Source: Pseudovirgaria hyperparasitica (taxonomy: Eukaryota). From it: DNA of 58,250 bases. The position numbers were made by a program, and so were the translations under genes. The DNA is taken from the NCBI GenBank assembly GCA_010093815.1, contig ML996592.1; one strand, 5' to 3'. The notes beneath the pieces were generated by a model. The model ran no database searches. It was not told where the DNA came from and worked only from the letters and a program-made list of their open reading frames with translations. Position 1 is the stretch's first letter; every line of letters begins with the position of its first letter. Positions 13,204-25,877 of the stretch are shown here, piece after piece.

Positions 13204-13470
13204 ACTAAGTTATCCTACTTATAGTTATAAGAAAAAAAACTTCTTTTACATCCCTAAGAGGCTAACTTGGTCCATTCGGGGTAATATAGCGAGATATACA
13301 CCTTAATCGATAGAGTACACCGAGTATACTAACTACTACTACACGCACGTACGTGTAGCGTCGAAACTAAGACGTTATCGCCGTATAAAGATATATATAT
13401 ACCCTCTTAAAATCCTCACGGAGATAGAGGCACGGACTACACTACTAGAACGCTAATACGCTGACCCCCT

Positions 13471-13503
13471 TTTATTAGTTAAGGGTAGCCCTTAACTAAT
13501 AAA
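13471..13503. repeat. Conserved palindrome copy (LINE 5' position, directly before the ORF1 ATG at 13505)
   Basis: TTTATTAGTTAAGGG-TAG-CCCTTAACTAATAAA. Confidence 0.97.
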
Positions 13504-13504
13504 T

Positions 13505-14920
13505 ATGGCGGCCTTAGGCACCGATATACCCCGGTATATACTAGATATACCCCTACTAGTACGATAGAAAAGGCCATATAGCGATATTACTGAGGGTAAC
13601 TATATACCTATCTAAAACGTAGAATACACCTAAAGGCGCACGCCGTTATAGATAGACGGAATAAAGGGGACCCCGAGAGGGGAAACCCTCCTAGATTATA
13701 TTAACTACTAGGTAGTATATATAGAGAAGGAAGCTAGAGAGGGCTAGAAGACCCTCCTATATATATTCTAGAACCTTATCTAGAATCTAAAGGGAATTAT
13801 AGAGGAGGAGAAGAAGATATAACTAGGAGGACCGGAGGGTAGGCTCGACCGAATAGAGGCTAGCCTATATAGAATCTAGGAGGAACTTACTTAAGGTAAG
13901 CGCCCTAGTATATAGGTATAAATAGTAGTAATACCGGAGGCTATACCACGGGCCCCCCGGACTAGCGATATAGCGTATAGTATATACGTCATAATCTAGG
14001 ATAAGGATACCCTAGTATAGGTCTAGTAAGTATCTCTAAAGGATATAGTAAGTAAGATTAACGAATAAAAGAGAATATAGTTAAATATCGTTATCGCTAA
14101 ACTTACGCTAGGAGGAGTAGTACTTACTATAATAATAAATATCGCGTAGTAGACTATCTCGCGCGATCTAAACGCGATTAGTAGTATCTTTCTAGGCGCC
14201 TCCATTAGGGCGGCCATATACCCGATATAGATATACTCTATACCCGTAAGCGGATAGGTTATCGGAGAAGAGAATATTACGCGGATAGAATAGTTAAATA
14301 AGCGAAAATACCTAGGAATTAAGATTATAAGAGTATAGTAGAAGAATATATAAGGGATTAAAACCAGATCGAAGGTATACTCTACTATAATAGTAGAGCT
14401 TAAGGACCCCGCCCTCGCGTATTAAATTATATAAGAGGGATTCCTAGCGGAAGGGGAGCTTCTTATGGCGGAACTATGGGATAGAGTATAGATAATAATA
14501 TAGTACTTTAACTATTAGAGATACGGGTATACGGCATAGCGGTACTCCTAAAAGACTAGGTGTAGGTGGTATTAATAAGAATATAGTACCTGGGAGTGCC
14601 CCTACGGGATATAAGGAGAGGGCTAGAGGGATAGGGACACGGCGAAGTACTCTAACTACGACGGTAAGTACCCGTCGTAGTTAGCTACGTGCGCGAAACG
14701 TAAATAGATTACCGAATATATCTACTTAATCCGGATAAAGGGAGTAAGATAGCTATAAACGATACGACCTACTACCGTTCCTCTCTTTACTATAATACTA
14801 CTACTATAGACTACCTCCTTACGAGGAAGCGGTTAGGAATAGTAAACCATCCCGAGAAAGCTAATAATAGGACGGCCCTAAGGAATTACTAAGGCCGCCG
14901 CTATATAAGGATAGTCGCGT
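13505..14920 (+). pseudogene. LINE ORF1 (gag-like, three CCHC zinc knuckles)
   Basis: ATGGCGGCC start. RIPed knuckles read CFNCQRYGHTAQRC (~14504-14545), CRWC...H...EC (~14561-14599) and CSNCDGKHPSW.ATC (~14648-14692). The end coordinate is approximate. Confidence 0.85.
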
Positions 14921-14949
14921 CTTAGAGGAACGAATATATAGGTCTATAC

Positions 14950-17900
14950 ATTCCCTAGCACCTAATAAGAGACTAAGATATACTCCTAATTATATAGATA
15001 AACGTATAGTATAAACGTAAGAACTAGGTAATACTCCTCGAGGAGACCGGAGCTATAATACTCGCTATATAGGAGCTATATAAACACTACTAGACGAATA
15101 AACCAATAACACACCTAGGATATTATATAATACACCCCCTAGGACCGGAGAGGAGAGTCCTCTTCCATGTTTATAAGTCTATTCTACTCTTATTATGGTC
15201 GTATACTAAACGGGATAACCTCCGGATAATACTACACCTCTAGACAAATATCGGACCCCTCTATATATATAATATATATAATTAGAACCAATCGCTTTAG
15301 GCGGATGACATACTTAAGGGTACTACTAAGCTAGGATAATATATCCTCCTAGGAGACTTTAACCTCTATTATAGCTAGTAGGGTAGACTAACCGTTACCC
15401 GCGAAGAGCTTTAAGCTAGAGAACTACGCACCTAATGCTATAGCTTCCTATACCTTCTTATACTAGTAGGATAGATTACCTAGCGAAAATATAAATAAGA
15501 TAAGGGCGGATCCATACTCGACCTCACCCTAGCCACTAGATACATTTATAATAGGACTTAATACTACCGCCTAAGCCTTATATAGATAGACTCCGACCAC
15601 GAATGTATAGAGACCGTAATAGACGTATCTACCCCTTAAGACTAACGAGGGCGATGGCTATAGAAGGATACTAACTAGGAAAAGTACCTAAAGGACCTAG
15701 AATCGACGATCCTAGACCCGTCTATAGTCGACGTATCTAATGGCCCGGCTATCGACTAGGCCATAAACATACTCCTATAGGCGTACTAGGGAGTAAGAGA
15801 TAAACACGTACCGTACCAAATATATAGACCCCTAGACCCGAAAAGCATACCTTAAGTGTAAGAGTATAGGCGAGAAGTCCGGAGATTATATATACGCGTA
15901 TACTATAACTATATACCTAAAGCGTAGGATAAATAGAGAGAGGCGAGAAGATAATAAGATAAGGTCCTCCGTAACGAGCGACGTAAATAGTAGCGTATAG
16001 TCACGGATAGATATACACGTAATACTACTAGACTATGGTATATAGTAAAATAGGCTAAAAGCACCGCCTCCCCGACACCTACACTACTTATACCCCCCCT
16101 TATATATTAAGAAAAGACGTACTCTACGAGCCTTAAGAAAACAGAGATCCTACGAGAGGTTATATTCCCTCTCCTAGAACCCGTAGACCTATTAGATATC
16201 GACGGCACGGAATACCCGGAAGCTATAAGTATCCCTAGGGAAATTATAGACGACGATATACTTAGCGCTATTAAGATACTCCCGAACGATAAAGCGCCCG
16301 GGCTAGATAGAATTCCGAATTAATACCTTAAGAGAACCATATAGGCGACCTTACTAATTATAGGCTATATATTCCGAGCGTGCGCCCGTATAGGATACTA
16401 CCTATAGAGCTTCCGAACCGTACATACGGTTATACTCCTAAAACTAGGGAAGAGCCTAAACACGCTAAAGGGATGGAGGCCGATCGCCCTCCTCTCCTAC
16501 CTTAGTAAGGTACTAGAAGCTATAATTACTAAGAAGATAAGTATAGTAGTATAGGTACACGGCCTTCTCCTAGTAAACTAGAAGACGAAGATAGGAAGCT
16601 CCCTAATCATAGCTATTTAATATATCCTTAAGGTTATCTAGACTATATAGAAATAAGGACGAGTCGTTATACTACTCTCCCTAGATATAGTAGGGGCGTT
16701 TAATAAGGTAAACTATATAAGACTTATCTATAACCTCCGGATAAGGCGAATACCTAAGTAGATTATATGATTTATATAGTCCTTCCTCGCGTAAAGGACT
16801 ACTTAAATATATATCCCCGGATACCGAAGCGAATATAAGGAGACGGTATACGGCATCCCATAAGGGAGCACTATCTCCCCGATCCTCTTCCTCTTCTTTA
16901 TAGTAGACCTCCTTTAGAGAATAGAATATATAGAGGTAGTCGGATACGCGGACGATATATACCTCCTCACGGTCGATAGTAGTACTAGTAGAATATATAT
17001 ACGACTTGAACGAGACCACGAGAAATACGTCTAGTAGGTAAAGCGCCACGGAGTAAAATTCGCACCTAAAAAATACTAGCTTATATACTTTATTAACCGC
17101 TATAGAGGATAGGCTACTAGGGAGGGGGCACGTCGCCCCTAAATCAACGCCTTTATAGAACCACTAGTATAGAGTATACGAGTACTCGGCGTTATAATTA
17201 ATAATAAGCTAAAATAGGGACCATAGGTGGCACACGCCGTCTCTAGAGCCCTCTAGATAGGAACTACTATACGCCGGATTACGGCATCCACGTAGGGAAT
17301 AGCCCGGCATAAGGCGAGATAGCTATACGTCTCCCTAGTACGCCTAGCCTTTATATACGGATATGAGTGCTAGTATACGGCCCTTATATAAGCTCGGCGG
17401 GTAAAGCTTAAGTCTATATAAAACCATATACTCCGCCTTATCTCCGGCGTATATAAAGCTACTAACACGACGCTTCTCCGACGCGAGATAAATATAATAA
17501 GTATATAGGACTTCTACTAGATATAGAGACTTATATACTTTACTAAATAATAAGTATAAGAACGTGGAGGAGATAGGGTATATACCTTCGCCGTACTACG
17601 CACACGTATCTACACGTATTACTAGGCCCTCTCTACTATAGGATAAACTCGAGTATAATATAAATACTATATAGAGGCGGACTTAAGCTAGACCATATAG
17701 GAGGTTCGAAATAACCCGGATACCGTCCCGAGCTAATAGAGCCCTAAGAAGCTTAGCCGCGTTATACGGTCGTAGATCTAGAATAAATAGAGGGAGGTAC
17801 TTAAAGCCTAGTAGACCTTCTAATAGAATAGATATCTAGAATAGATCCGAGGGCCTTAGAAGAAACTAAGTAAATAGATATATAAAGGGCTAACGAAGGC

Positions 17901-18290
17901 CTAAGTATCCATACTTCTCTAAGCCCGAACAGGCGCTATAGGTCTCCTATATTACCTCTACTAGAGAGGCGTCCTAGATATATCTCTCTAGTACGAGGAC
18001 TACGGCCGGAGAGGTATAATACGCCACTACCTCGCGACGTACTCTAGCCTCTATACCCTAAGATAAGCCCTCGTCCGTATAATAAGGACCTCTAACATTA
18101 CGCGATAGCTTAATAAGTACCCTAAGGACGTTGCCCGATGGATGCTCGTATATCTTCCTCTCCCCTAGTTCTAGTAGACCCGCGTATATATACCGGAAGA
18201 AGCCTAATATATACTAGAAGAACCCTAGTATACGTCGGAAGAACCCTAGAAGAACCGCGATTATTAGTTAAGGGTAGCCCTTAACTAATA
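14950..18290 (+). pseudogene. LINE ORF2 (APE endonuclease, RT, CCHC finger; no RNase H seen)
   Basis: LAI*EL = LAIQEP (~15061), LLGDFNL (~15345-15366), SILDLTL, SDH (~15592-15600), KAPGLD, PQGS (~16858) and YADD (16945-16956). The start coordinate is approximate. Confidence 0.92.
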
Positions 18291-18293
18291 ATC
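18259..18293. repeat. Conserved palindrome copy (LINE 3' position)
   Basis: GATTATTAGTTAAGGG-TAG-CCCTTAACTAATAATC. Confidence 0.97.
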
Positions 18294-18540
18294 TCCGCAC
18301 CTATACGTGCTACCTAAGGGCAAACCATTATAACATAGGCTATAGGCCTATAGGTAGCCCCTAGGGCTATATACATATAAAGAACGAGAGGATAGACAGA
18401 GCGTAGTCATGGATATGAGGGAGTTTTTCCTATTCGTAGGTTTCTTCTTATATAGTAGCTTAGACTAGAGGAGGCATGCGCCTATAGAGTAGTACTCTAC
18501 CTAGTTTACTAATATTATTATTATTATTATAGATCTAATA

Positions 18541-21500
18541 TCGTCCGTTAAGCTAATCGATATAATAAATTATACTATTAGTAAATTAAAAAGGAATTAG
18601 TTAGATAATATCGTTATCCTAGTCTAGTACTATAGCTTTTATACTTACCTAGTGCTTATCGTTATTATATATATTAGCTAGCTACCTTATAAATTTTAGA
18701 TTAATTTTGACTATTACGATATTAAACATCGAGAGCTCCTTAAGGACGTCTAAGTCTCTTGGCTAGGCTCTATCGTAGATCTAACAGAGCCGAGAAAGAG
18801 CGTTAGGTACTACGTGTTCTTTATCTAGTCTATATTTAAGCTCTAGGTTAAACTAGAATAGATACTATAAGGCCCGTACTAGTCGGAGATTTAGCTTATT
18901 AACTAATAAGCTTATAAGTACTATCTATTAAACGATGCTCGGCGTGGCTACGTAGTCGGTAATAATAATCGTTAGTTAGTCTAAACTATTAACTATATAG
19001 CGTATTCGGCGTATAGTCTACACGACCGCTACTACTTCTAGCTCTATCGGCTAGTACCGCGACTTAGCTATAGAGAGTTCTTTACTAAGGTATAGAATAG
19101 ACTCGATATCTAATTATCTAATCTTTATAATATCGTCTACTTCCCCTTTAATATGGTAAGCGAAGACTCTAAAGCCGTGCTTTAATACGTCAATATCCAC
19201 GTAGGGCCGTTATTTTAGATTATAGTAGACGAGCTTAGTCTCGTCCGCGAAGGCGGCCTAAATACCCTTCTATAATACTAATAGCTAGTCTATTCGAGCG
19301 ATCTTTGTTCGTTTATAGTACGCTATACGTGTATATCCCGCTAAAGGTACTTCTTTAAGAAGACGCGTTTTCTTAGCCTATAGGTCCTAGGTAAGCTAAG
19401 CGTAATATAGCACGTATTACCGTAACTATCCGGTTAGTCTAAGGTAGTATTTAAGCTTATCGAGCGTTTCGGGATACTAGAGATTACGTATAGCTACTAA
19501 TTTCTTAGCTATAGTAGAGAGTCTATAAGCGTTGACCTTCTAACTAAGTAGAGTAATAGATAGGTATTCTAAGTAATACTTTTTACCTTTAAGTATTAGG
19601 TTTCTTACTTATAGTATAGCGAACACCCGCTAAAGGTAGTTAAGATACTCGTTAAGTTCCTTACTAAATATAGGAATATCGTTAATATATACTATGGTAA
19701 ACGCCTCGCATCTAGCGTCGCGTAAGATCTTATTAATCTATCTCTATACGTATAGTAGAGAGTTATAGAAACCCATTAGAATAACGTTTAACTACTTCTA
19801 GCCCCGATATAATATAAACGTTAGTTTATAACGGTCTTTCTTAGCGACCGGCTACTAGTAGAAGAAGCTAGCTATATTAACGACGGATATAAATTTCTTT
19901 CTAGCCGTATGTTAGATAATATCGCCCTAGAGTAGTAATAGGTAGAAGTCCTTAATACTAATTTTATTTAGGCCTCTTATATCTCTAACTACCCGACCGG
20001 CGTCCTTGCGCAATATCTAGGCGAGTAACTTTACCATAGAGTATATAACGATTATTAGGAAACCGAACGGTGTTACCTATATCGGGTATTCTATATAACC
20101 TTATATATAAAGCTTATTATATATCTTATTAATAATAGCCTTACCGCTCGCTTCTAACGGGTAGATGCGGTAGCTTAGCTTTATACTAGCTATTTTCTAG
20201 TTACTTACTAGGGGGATATATATCTAGTCTTTCTCTAGAATATTTACGAGTCTAGTATCGTAAAATAAGATAGTATAACTTTAGATAATCTTATTAAATA
20301 TCTAGGTAGTCGCTTCGTCTTTAGCGTAAATTTTTATACTAAACACGCCTATCTATTTAACTTTATTAAGCCGAGTAAGCTTTATAGATAATCCCTCCGT
20401 ACTATCTAAAGGGACTACTTTAGCCTAAAATGCGTGGAGGGTGTCTATTTCGTCCGTTAATATACCGAGTCTTATATTTTTATTTATATATACTAATCTA
20501 AATCCATGGTTTATAATAAATATATACGCTATATTTTAGTTAGTAAGATATATATAGACGCCTCCGCCCTAACTAAGCCTTATACTTATATATATTAGAG
20601 TAAACACGTAATCTCCTATAACTAATTCGTGCTAGCGACGGATTATAATTAGGACTAGCGTAAGTATTCGTAGCTAGAGAATAGTATACTACGAAACGGT
20701 TACTCCCCGGCGCACTACTAGTCGAATAGTAGTAGTAAAGGTTAGTATAGTAATCCCGCTATATATGCCGATAGTTATTATATACGTACTTATATAGATA
20801 TCTATCTTCTAAGGTACTATAATATTAGTTCCGAGAAGGAGACCTATCTATAGACGGTTAAGAATATATACTTCGTATATTACTTTCGTAATTATAGCGG
20901 TTAAACTATTAGATATTCGGCCCGGGAGAAATAGTATAATAACCGCGGACTTGGTCAACTTTATAGGCTTAACTCCCTCCACTCCTTAAATGGAAATAGC
21001 TAGTTAGATAAGTATTTAGATATTAGGGTTCTACCGTTTAAGAAAGGCTCGGTCGATTAGCGTTACTATACTTTCTATATCTAGGTAGATATGTTTAACG
21101 GGGCCGTTAAGACTAAGTAAGGCCTTAACTTAGATATAGTACGATCCTTTATACGCTCGGCCGGTATCTAGTAGGTTACTAACTAATAATAGTACTACGT
21201 TACCCTAGATATTATAATATACGACGTCCAATCTTAGGACTATATAATTATATAGAGGAACCTTAGCCTTTACCATTATCTTAAGGTGCTTTCTATCCTT
21301 AAGGTACTTAAATAGCTTATTTCGCGATAGAAATACCTCGTTATAAATATTATACTAGATCTAGCGTACCGGACGTATATCGGTTACTTAGCACGCTATG
21401 AACTACGAAGGTAGGCTCTCGTCGATATCGCTAGGCGGTAGGTTAAGGCTAGCGAGGCCGGTTTCGTTACTAAACTATACGAGTTTAATAGTATCTATAT

Positions 21501-23000
21501 CGGTTAGCCTAAGATAGGAGAAAGCTTCTTTAACCCCCGTATAGTAAGTATCTTTAACGTCTAGATTATATAATCCTTCCTAAATATTATACGCCTAGTA
21601 GAACGGTTATAGTAGTTAGGTAAATCGTCTATTATTACTAAGAGACCGAGGCTAGCTAGTATAGAGCTTATTAGTTATTCTAGGACCGGTAGAATAACCT
21701 ATAGAAGCGCTAGTTATAGCTAGTAGCTAACGTGCGTTAGCTAATGCCTTTTAACCGCCTTTATCTAAACCTTCTAACCCTTATTAGAACTATTATAGAG
21801 GGCGGGGCTAGTACGAGTTATAGCGTTAATCGGGTCGATCGGTTATAAGATAACGGCTATTAGACTAGCCCTAGTCTTAAGAGTTACTAAACGGTCGAGG
21901 TAAGTTATAGTAATAAGAGCCGTTATATTAACTATCTCCTCTTCCTTATTAAGTAAATTAACTTAAAGTACCACGCTACGCGCCCCCGAGATAATAGTAG
22001 GTAAGTTAGTACTATTCTTTACGTTTTATCTATAGAGTTTATATAAATTAGGCTAGAGATATAGATTCTATTAGTAGAGGTAGACCCTAGTAAAGGAGAA
22101 TATTAATGCCGTTCCATGCGAACGTCTAAGTATTTTAGCTAGAAGGGCCTGATAATTATACGGCACTATAGTCGCGAGCTATAGTATATATATATAAAGC
22201 GACGTCGGTTTGGGAGCGGGTCTATTAGAGAGTATATCTTCGCGTTATAAGGGACGATAGAGCGTCGGATAACGGCTACTTAAACTACTTAATTAAGGCC
22301 GTAGTCTAGACGTCTAAACTAGGTAAGTAACGGAGCGCCTCCTTCTCGAGATCGGATAAACCTAATATAAACTACTCGAGGGCATATCCTTATAGATACT
22401 AAGAGATTTTTAACTTAATAGTTTCGGTTCCTCTAGCCGTAGTAGCGTCTTTAATCCGGTTAAGGAAAATATATACGCTATGTATATATATATCCTAACC
22501 GGTAAAAATAATATCTCCGTCTCTAAAGCTACGATCTAAGTTAGGTTAGAAGAATCTAATTCTTATATTCTAAACCCTCGACCGTCTTCGTTATCGTTAA
22601 ATAGTAGGTTTTTACTACTATCTATTAGGTTTTACTTATTATCTCATAAACTACCCGCCCGCTAAGTAAGAGTCTACTAGATTATAGCTATAATCGTAGC
22701 TTACTACCTTACTATAAAGTCCCTATTATCGGTCGTTAGGGCCCTAGCTAGCGTGCCGCTATTACCGGCGTCTATATCTATCTAACGTGGTATAGTATAT
22801 TCTACTAAAGTGCTAGCACGTTTAGGGCGGTCGGATATAGTAGCGTCCGTACTAGAGCTTACTATATAATTAACCGAGTCCGATAAGCTTAAGAAAGCCC
22901 TAGAGAGCCTAGTAGTTAAAGGGTACTAAGCTTGAATTAACGGGTTATTTAGGAACGAGTTATACGTCTCTTATAACGCTAGGCGATTTATTAACTACTA
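18541..23000 (-). pseudogene. Gypsy-2 gag, protease, RT and RNase H remnants
   Basis: LLDTG protease motif (~21161-21175), VYINDI = YIDD (~19675-19692), and RNase H YVDIDVLKHGF (~19170-19203) with ELEV (~19030). The gag boundary is approximate. Confidence 0.88.
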
Positions 23001-23600
23001 CGGTGGAAAAGGCTTAGTAGCTAGCCTTCTACTTTATAAGGAACGTTCTAGAGTAGAGGGCGGTAGATAGTTAGTAATAAGACGATTAAGTACTATCTTA
23101 AGTAGTAGTAGATTTCTAAACGCCTATTAATTAACTTATCCGTAACTAAATAGTTAATGCCCTAGGAGAACTAAGTCCTCTAGTAGTAATATAAGCTATT
23201 ATTACGAGCGGCTAGTAAGAGTATAGGAAATGTAAAATCGCTAGCGTCTAGCGTATAACGGAAAACTTTTAAGCTAAATAGTAAGATATAGAAGCGACGG
23301 AGTCGTAGATACCTAGTTCGATCTATATACGGTTTCGTAACTAGTAAATAGAGCGTTCTCGAGCTCTAGAGAGTTAAGTTTATAGTAATACGATAAGTCT
23401 ATTCTACTTATACCGTGTACTAGAAGGAGGACGTTTCACTAGCCTATAATAAAGTAGTTAGTATAGATGGTATAGTAAGGAGAAGGTCGCTTAAACTAGC
23501 GATCGTCCTATTATTACTATATTAACTAAGATAGCCTAGTAGAGAGGACTTAGTATTCGAAGTATATAAACTAGTAGATACTAGCTTTCAGCTACTACTT

Positions 23601-23750
23601 TATTAAGATTATTAATAAGTTAAGTTATATTAGTTATAAAGTATACTATTTTCTATATACGTATCCGGTCGGTTATATTTATATAAACGACCGGTTCGCA
23701 ACTACCTATATTAATTATACATGGTATATACTACTACTATAGCTATAATA
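23601..23750 (-). repeat. Gypsy-2 5' LTR
   Basis: Direct repeat of 8868-9017. Confidence 0.95.
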
Positions 23751-24160
23751 GTAACCCTTAACTAATAACTATAGAGACTTTAGGCGCTAATATACTCTAG
23801 CTTCTACTAGATATATCTCTAATACTAGTATAGTAGAAATAGCTATATAGTAGAATATTCTAGAATAATTAAACCCCTATCTAAAAGACTATAATTAACT
23901 AAGAGTATAAAGTACTATAATAATAATAATATTATTATATAACTAGGTAGAGTAGTTTACTCTATGGATATATACCTTCTCTAGTCTAAGCTATTATATA
24001 AGAAGAAACCTCTATAAGAGGAAAAACTCCCTTCTCTCTATAACTATATCTTATTAAGTCTTTATATTATCTTAAGTATATAGCTATTAGAAATACCTAT
24101 AGATCTATAATCTATAGTACTATTATTTTACCCTTAGATAGTATATATAGAGTATAGGGG

Positions 24161-24191
24161 TTATTAGTTAAGGGTTACCCTTAACTAATAA
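24161..24191. repeat. Conserved palindrome copy (LINE-B 3' position)
   Basis: TTATTAGTTAAGGG-TTA-CCCTTAACTAATAA. Confidence 0.95.
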
Positions 24192-25636
24192 TTAGGGTTC
24201 TTCTAGAGTTCTTCTAGTATATACTAGAGTCTATCTAGTATATACCTAGTTTCTTCTAGTATATATATCTAGGTCTATTAGTATTAAGGGAGTAGAAGAT
24301 ATATAAGTATTAATCTAGCGATCTTATTAGAGTACTTATTAAGCTAGTATATAATATTAGAGATTCTTATTATATAGATAAGTAATTATCTTTATATATA
24401 GAGATCTAGGTATATTATAAGATAGTATTATATTATATATCTCTAGCTATATATTTTATACTATAGAGATATATCTAGAATATCTCTCTAGTATAGATAG
24501 TATAGAAGTTCTATAGCTTTTATACGGGCTTAGAGGAGGATAGATACCTAGACTTTTATAAGCCCTTTATATATCTATTTACTTAGTTCCTTCTATAGTC
24601 CTTAAATCTACTCTAGATATCTTTTCTATTAGAATATCTAATAGATTTAGAGAGCTTCTCTCTATTTATTATAGGTCTATAACTATATAGTCTATATAAG
24701 CTTCTAAGGGTTCTAGTAGCCTAGAAAGATATCTAGATTATCTCTAATCTCTTATATAATCTAACTTAAGTCTATCTCTATTAGATACTTATATTATATC
24801 TAGGTTTAGTCTATATATAGTAGTACTTAATAGTAGGTACTAACTTATATATATAGTATAGTAAATATATATTCTATATATCCCCTATATTTCTATACTT
24901 ATTATTTAGTAAAGTATATTACCCTCTATATCTAGTAGAAGTTCTATATACTTATTATATTTATCTCGCGTTATAGTAGTACTATATTAGTAGCTTTATA
25001 TATACTAGATATAAGATAGAGTATATAGTTCTATATAGACTTAAGTTTTATTTATCTAGATTATATAAGGGCTATATACTAGTACTCGTATCTATATATA
25101 AAGGCGGGTCTTACTATAGAGATATATAGCTAGCGCGTCTTATTCTAGGTAGTTCCCTATATAGAGACCGTAATCTAGTATATAGTAGCTTCTATCTTAA
25201 GGGCTCTAGATATAGTATATATAACTTATAGTCTCTATTTAAGCTTATTATTAATTATAATACCTAGTATATATATACTCTACGTCGGTAGCTTAGTAAA
25301 AGTATCTATTCTAGAATATTACTCTCTCTTCTTAGTAGTCTATCTTCTATAGTAATTAATAAAGTATATAAGTTAGTATTTCTTAGGGGTAAACTTTACT
25401 CTATAGTATTTTATCTACTAGATATAGCTTTTATAGTTATATTTAAGATATTTATATATTAGACTAGTACTATTATTAATAGCTAAAAGATATATATTAT
25501 TAGTATATTCTACTATCTCTATATATTATATTCTCTATAGAAGGTCTATAGTAAAGAATAGAAAGAGAATTAGAGAGATAGTACTTCCTTATAGAATACT
25601 ATATATTATCTTCTTATATTTACTTTAATATCTAGA

Positions 25637-25877
25637 TATAAGAATTATAGACGTAGGATAGTAGTCTAATAGGTTATAGAAGGATTTAGGAATATATTTA
25701 AAAGGGTAGTCTACTCTTATAATAAGGTTAATTCCTAAAGAGTAGGAATTAAGTATATATAGCCTACTTATATAGTAGTCTTACTTAATCTAGCTAACTT
25801 AATCTAGGTCCACCTATTACGGGACCGTACTAGACCATAGTAGTCTAGTTAAGTCTATCCTAGTATTAGCTCTAATA
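25637..25877 (-). mobile_element. Solo LTR of the Gypsy-3 family inserted in the LINE-B RT
   Basis: 241 bp homologous to 32649-32890 and 40492-40733, with a 5-bp TSD CTAGA (25632-25636 and 25878-25882). Confidence 0.92.

Larger units (their letters stand above)
13204..18527 (+). mobile_element. Full-length Tad1-like LINE (~5.3 kb), RIP-inactivated, inserted in Gypsy-2 pol
   Basis: 13-bp TSD TATAGATCTAATA (13191-13203 and 18528-18540), (TAT)n tail, and ORF1 plus ORF2 remnants. Confidence 0.95.
8868..23750 (-). mobile_element. Full-length Ty3/Gypsy LTR retrotransposon (Gypsy-2), RIP-inactivated, containing a nested LINE
   Basis: 150-bp direct LTRs at 8868-9017 and 23601-23750, 5-bp TSD GTAAC (8863-8867 and 23751-23755), and gag-PR-RT-RH-IN-chromo order on the minus strand. 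Confidence 0.95.

Noticed and set aside
14023..17049. ORF-track ORFs 14023-14217 (-) and 16681-17049 (-)
   Set aside because: They are antisense to LINE ORF1/ORF2 with RIP-biased Ile/Tyr/Leu composition, so they are chance open frames.
23581..23600. tRNA primer-binding site of Gypsy-2
   Set aside because: The minus strand AAGTAGTAGCTGAAAGC could be a RIPed TGG-starting PBS, but no tRNA can be assigned without a search.
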